IMG/VR virus record: IMGVR_UViG_3300020030_000048
Span: 1 to 6,425 of that record
DNA length: 6,425 nt
Strand: one strand, 5' to 3'
Source: a virus
Shown: one piece after another, positions 3,567-6,425 of the stretch
Position numbering within the stretch: position 1 is the first letter of the stretch
How the letters are laid out: every line of letters starts with the position of its first letter
Made by a program: the position numbers and the translations under genes
The notes under the pieces: generated by a model
Database searches by the model: none
Told to the model about the DNA's origin: nothing
Seen by the model: the letters and a program-made list of their open reading frames with translations, nothing else

Positions 3567-5426
3567 TTAGTAAGGAACACCATCACGGGATAAGTTACGG
3601 GCAACATAGCAACCAATATAAGAGTTAACTAACAACTGGTCAGTATCCCAAGTAGAATCAGCATTAACACCGAAGATCGGATCAAGAACAGAAGGATTGA
3701 CCTTGAAGAACTTGTAATTCAAAGCAACCTTAGTTGACGAATCGGGAGTAGAACCACCAAAACGAGACCAACCGGAAAGTAAAGACTCAGTAACAGGAGA
3801 AACCCAAGACTTAAGAGTCGTGGTAAACGCACCGTTGATGACATCAAGTTTAGTTTTCCAGTTGAAGTAACGAGGATTATAACCTGCATTGAACAAGTTG
3901 AAAGCAGTAGCTAATGAAGAGTTGAATATCTGGGTCATAGGAAGAACCTCCATACCAATGCTATCAAACTCAGGAATCGGAAGGGACTCAGCATCGGTAA
4001 CAAGCAACTGTCCATCCTGGCCAGTAATGGAGTAATCAAGAAGAGGAACGGCATGATACATACACATAACGACACAATGCTCATCAGTAATATAAGTGAA
4101 AGAACCGTTTCCTGCACCAACACCTTTACCGGCAATAACAGCAGTATCACCTTCAGTAGCAAGGTTATTATTTACAACTTCGCTAATATCAAGATTACGA
4201 GAGATACCACCAATATAAGTACACATATTGGAAAGAGATTGGGGGAGATTAACGCCAAAATGTTTACGAATCTGTTCGCGGTAATCCGAATCACCGGATT
4301 GACTAATCTCTTTCCACCGTTGAAGGGCCTCGGCTTGACGAAGGGCGAGAACAGTAAATTGACTCTGTAAATTGGACAAGTTAACCTGGAGAGTAGAACC
4401 GGAAGGAATGACATTAGACGTAGAAGCAGAGTTTGCTGCGAAAGATATCGGAGTAAGAGGGGCATTGTGAGAAGTCGTAGTAATAACCTCAGAAGAAGCA
4501 TTACTTTTTGGATCTTTCAATACTACAGAATTAGGAATAGGACCATTAGTATTTGAAATATCAATCACAGCAACGTCACCGAACTGAGAATTCGGAAGAA
4601 CACCCATCAACATATCCTTGTTCCAGTTACAATATCTGAGGTCAAACATCGTATCAGAGTCCCAATAAGCAGAATTCTTAGGGGGCAATGAAGAAACAAG
4701 ACCAGAAGTAAGGCCAGAATAATAATCCACATTATAAGAAGACGGATTCGAATATTCCCACTGAGACCAACGGAAAAAATCCTGATAAATCTTCTGATAA
4801 GCCAAAAGAGGGAAAAGGTTCACATAATTATTCTGAATATACTGTTGAGAATAAGAAGCAGCATCATTAGTATTCACTAAAGAAGTAGACCACCAACGAT
4901 TATCAGCAGAGGGTATAGTACGAACGAAATTCCCATAACCAAGATAGCTTAATAACTTAAAGGACAAATCAGCACGAGAAAAACCAAACATATTCAGCTT
5001 TCCTTCAGAAAAGCCAGGATTATTACTACCACCATTAAGGTATTGAACGAAAGAATATATAAGGTTTAGAGGAAGAGACGGTAAGTAAGTTCCGAGAGAC
5101 AAATTCTGCGTCAAAGAAAGTGCTTGAATCTGATTAATATCCTGTATCTGTGTCAACACAGAAGGAGCAGACTTCCAGAGAAGACGCAACGGCACAGCAT
5201 AGAAATCAAAATATTCACGCAGACGAGTATAGGCAGAGGTCTCAACAGGCTGAGTGCGGGTAAAGTACTCAACGTCAAACTTATACTTGTCACCAGGCAT
5301 AGATATATCCCAGTAGACAGGGAGAAGCTCACCAACTTTTGCGGTAAACGCATTTTTACGTCCAATATCAAAGCCAGAACGGTGAGGACGGTTCTGGAGA
5401 TTGGACATTCCAGTGTAAGAAGCCAT
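3567..5426 (-). CDS. VP1: Major capsid protein VP1 (F-like jelly-roll capsid protein), 619 aa
   Basis: The track ORF carries conserved microvirus capsid blocks: N-terminal RSGFDIGRKNAFTAKVGELLPVYWDISMPGDKY, YFDFYAVPLRLLW, LALRQAEALQRWKEISQSGDSDYREQIRKHFGV, MCTYIGG and GYNPRYFNWK. It is the longest ORF in the genome. The stop is TAA at 3567-3569. Confidence 0.97.
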   Translation of the reverse strand: MASYTGMSNLQNRPHRSGFDIGRKNAFTAKVGELLPVYWDISMPGDKYKFDVEYFTRTQPVETSAYTRLREYFDFYAVPLRLLWKSAPSVLTQIQDINQIQALSLTQNLSLGTYLPSLPLNLIYSFVQYLNGGSNNPGFSEGKLNMFGFSRADLSFKLLSYLGYGNFVRTIPSADNRWWSTSLVNTNDAASYSQQYIQNNYVNLFPLLAYQKIYQDFFRWSQWEYSNPSSYNVDYYSGLTSGLVSSLPPKNSAYWDSDTMFDLRYCNWNKDMLMGVLPNSQFGDVAVIDISNTNGPIPNSVVLKDPKSNASSEVITTTSHNAPLTPISFAANSASTSNVIPSGSTLQVNLSNLQSQFTVLALRQAEALQRWKEISQSGDSDYREQIRKHFGVNLPQSLSNMCTYIGGISRNLDISEVVNNNLATEGDTAVIAGKGVGAGNGSFTYITDEHCVVMCMYHAVPLLDYSITGQDGQLLVTDAESLPIPEFDSIGMEVLPMTQIFNSSLATAFNLFNAGYNPRYFNWKTKLDVINGAFTTTLKSWVSPVTESLLSGWSRFGGSTPDSSTKVALNYKFFKVNPSVLDPIFGVNADSTWDTDQLLVNSYIGCYVARNLSRDGVPY

Positions 5427-5449
5427 AAAGATAAAAAATTTAATTATGA

Positions 5450-6425
5450 TTAATCAGAATAGGAAAATATACCAGATAAATCATTGAGATTCTTGTGTTT
5501 AACCTTATCTCTACACTTCATCAGTGCAGCAGCAGCCAAACGACGAACAAGAGGCAATTGTTTATAAGGTAATTCCTTGTCAAAGACAGTTTTATCATAA
5601 CGGAAAGAATAGTTACGAAGTTCCATATCAAGCAAATCCTTATCATCAGAATCTTCCAAGGTTTGATAAAAATCAACAAGACGGGCATAATCGTAACGAA
5701 GCCAAAAATCAACTATTTTTTCGGAGAGAATTCGTAAAGATCTCTCTCGGCAGCCGGCATATCCTCCAAGTTCGGAGAGGGGGACACCATCTGACTCGTA
5801 TGTTCGAAAAGTTTTTGCAACTCCGAGAAAAAAGCGGTATAATCGGGACGTGCGATGAACAGGTGATAGATCAACACCATCAAACAGACGACATTCAGAC
5901 GTAATAAGAATATCAGCATGCGGTAGATTTTCCTTAGGTGAAAGAACATTTCTTTCGTCATTTCGTTTTCCATAATTATCCAAGTAACTTAAATATTGTT
6001 TACAAAAAGATAGTATACTTTGTTTGGAAGATTTATTCCAAGGATCAAGATCTAAATCACCGCATCCGCTACGAATGACTCGTTCGGGCGCTGTGAACGC
6101 AGCAGATAATAACTGGTAAACGTTCGATGAAGATTTACGAATAGCGTCCGAAAATCGGGGGAATAATCGAAGGAGATGCGGCCATGAAGGTTTAATTGTG
6201 CGAAAAAATCCATCGCGCTCAACGCGGACTCCATTAAGGCACTTATCGGCAACTTCATCAATTTCGGCAATTTGTACCGTTCGAGGAAAGTAATATGATT
6301 CAGTAAATCCAATGGAATGGAAGGATTTAGGTCGCACCACTTTTGGCATCTGAGTATAAAAGTCGGGTAAAGCGACAAAACTATTAACATACGACGCAAC
6401 ATACGGAGCTGCGAATCCTCGCGAG
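5450..6425 (-). CDS. VP4: Replication initiation protein VP4, C-terminal part (codons continuing from window position 1); 6305-6425 re-reads the same codons as 1-121
   Basis: The track ORF 5450..6349 (MPKVVRPKSFHSIGF...) is in frame with, and contiguous to, the 828->1 reading frame: 6349 corresponds to position 45 in copy 1, and 828-45 = 783 = 3 x 261. The frame stays open from 6349 up to the window end and contains the YVASYVN motif again at 6389-6403. The stop is TAA at 5450-5452. The roughly 290 aa after the catalytic Tyr motif have no motif I recognise. Confidence 0.93.
   Translation of the reverse strand, partial: SRGFAAPYVASYVNSFVALPDFYTQMPKVVRPKSFHSIGFTESYYFPRTVQIAEIDEVADKCLNGVRVERDGFFRTIKPSWPHLLRLFPRFSDAIRKSSSNVYQLLSAAFTAPERVIRSGCGDLDLDPWNKSSKQSILSFCKQYLSYLDNYGKRNDERNVLSPKENLPHADILITSECRLFDGVDLSPVHRTSRLYRFFLGVAKTFRTYESDGVPLSELGGYAGCRERSLRILSEKIVDFWLRYDYARLVDFYQTLEDSDDKDLLDMELRNYSFRYDKTVFDKELPYKQLPLVRRLAAAALMKCRDKVKHKNLNDLSGIFSYSD
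6305..6425. repeat. Terminal redundancy, copy 2 (identical to 1-121)
   Basis: See copy 1. The 121/121 identity was read directly from the sequence. Confidence 0.98.

Larger units (their letters stand above)
1..6304 (-). other. Complete circular Microviridae (Alpavirinae-like) ssDNA phage genome, unit length 6304 nt; mRNA/virion-sense strand is the reverse complement of the window
   Basis: There is an exact terminal overlap (1-121 = 6305-6425). The canonical microvirus core is present on one strand: F-like major capsid VP1, HUH replication initiator VP4, Gly/Gln-rich pilot protein VP2 and an acidic scaffold-like protein. No spike (G-like) gene is present. A genome of about 6.3 kb with a long VP1 (619 aa) and long VP4 (560 aa) fits Alpavirinae better than Gokushovirinae (about 4.5 kb) or phiX-like Bullavirinae. 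Subfamily assignment is tentative. Confidence 0.9.

Noticed and set aside
1887-5904. Plus-strand ORFs of 71-141 aa: 1887..2189, 2319..2744, 2835..3050, 3215..3628, 4053..4370, 5124..5453 and 5524..5904.
   Set aside because: All are antisense to strongly supported genes (VP2, VP3-like, VP1, VP4) and have low-complexity, Ser/Leu/Ile/Arg/Lys/Asn-rich translations with no motifs. Microviridae are transcribed from one strand only. They are typical antisense shadows of real genes.
5450-6349. A 299-aa ORF as an independent gene of unknown function, or an A*-like internal-start product of the Rep gene.
   Set aside because: The frame remains open upstream of the Met at 6349 to the window end and joins 828->1 across the circle, so this is simply the C-terminal part of VP4. 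An A*-like product starting here would lack all three catalytic motifs, unlike phiX174 A*.
459-6402. Ten nested minus-strand ORFs from the track: 459..731, 1142..1342 (N-terminal part), 2018..2203, 3130..3333, 3935..4162, 4172..4501, 5153..5371, 5521..5712, 5713..5973 and 6052..6402. They might be phiX174-style overprinted genes (B/K/E-like), including a nearly open alternative frame through the whole C-terminal half of VP4.
   Set aside because: Every one of them is in the +1 frame of its host gene. The start offsets 97, 52, 856, 205, 1264, 925, 55, 637, 376 and 1 are all 1 mod 3. All are Leu/Phe/Ile/Val-rich. In the +1 frame the middle codon base is the host gene's third position, which is pyrimidine (mostly T) rich here. 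That forbids stops (all stops have A/G in the middle) and forces NTN hydrophobic codons. The pattern is a compositional shadow and confirms the host-gene frames. I checked the 6051->5974 gap and found stops at 6052-6054 and 5989-5991. Only conservation or synonymous-constraint analysis could rescue any of them.
1-6425. The end repeats read as att sites or LTR-like ends of an integrated element, and the possibility of CRISPR arrays or other tandem repeat arrays.
   Set aside because: The repeat lies inside the Rep coding sequence with frame continuity, and there is no flanking non-phage DNA and no integrase. I saw no regularly spaced direct repeats anywhere in the window.

Overview
The window is one complete, circularly permuted genome of a small ssDNA phage of the family Microviridae. 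Genome size and gene content look Alpavirinae-like, and the sequence is given as the reverse complement of the coding strand. Bases 1-121 recur exactly at 6305-6425, so the unit genome is 6304 nt and the window overruns the circle. All supported genes are on the minus strand and tightly packed. Reading along the minus strand, the order is: (1) a 387-nt, G+C-rich, hairpin-dense non-coding region (1997->1611); (2) four small accessory ORFs: a 65-aa hydrophobic protein, a 57-aa ORF missing from the ORF track, a 29-aa single-TM peptide, and a 101-aa M15-type zinc peptidase; (3) the rolling-circle replication initiator VP4, 560 aa, split by the linearisation point (828->1 continuing 6304->5450), which the ORF track shows only as a truncated 299-aa piece; (4) major capsid protein VP1 (619 aa); (5) an acidic scaffold-like protein (159 aa); (6) the pilot/minor capsid protein VP2 (353 aa). 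The most interesting part is the accessory module at 833-1610. It pairs a minimal H-x6-D...H peptidoglycan peptidase with small membrane ORFs. One of these is an Ala/Ser-rich, SAR-like TM segment in the same frame as the peptidase, separated from it by a single TAG. This suggests a holin/SAR-endolysin style lysis system in a 6.3-kb ssDNA phage rather than a phiX174-type single-gene amurin. The structured non-coding region carries repeated GCGCATCAC / TCACTGCG words on hairpin shoulders and is a candidate origin/terminator region. I saw no rRNA, tRNA, CRISPR array, transposase or integrase. All functional calls rest on motif recognition by eye, and no database search was run.
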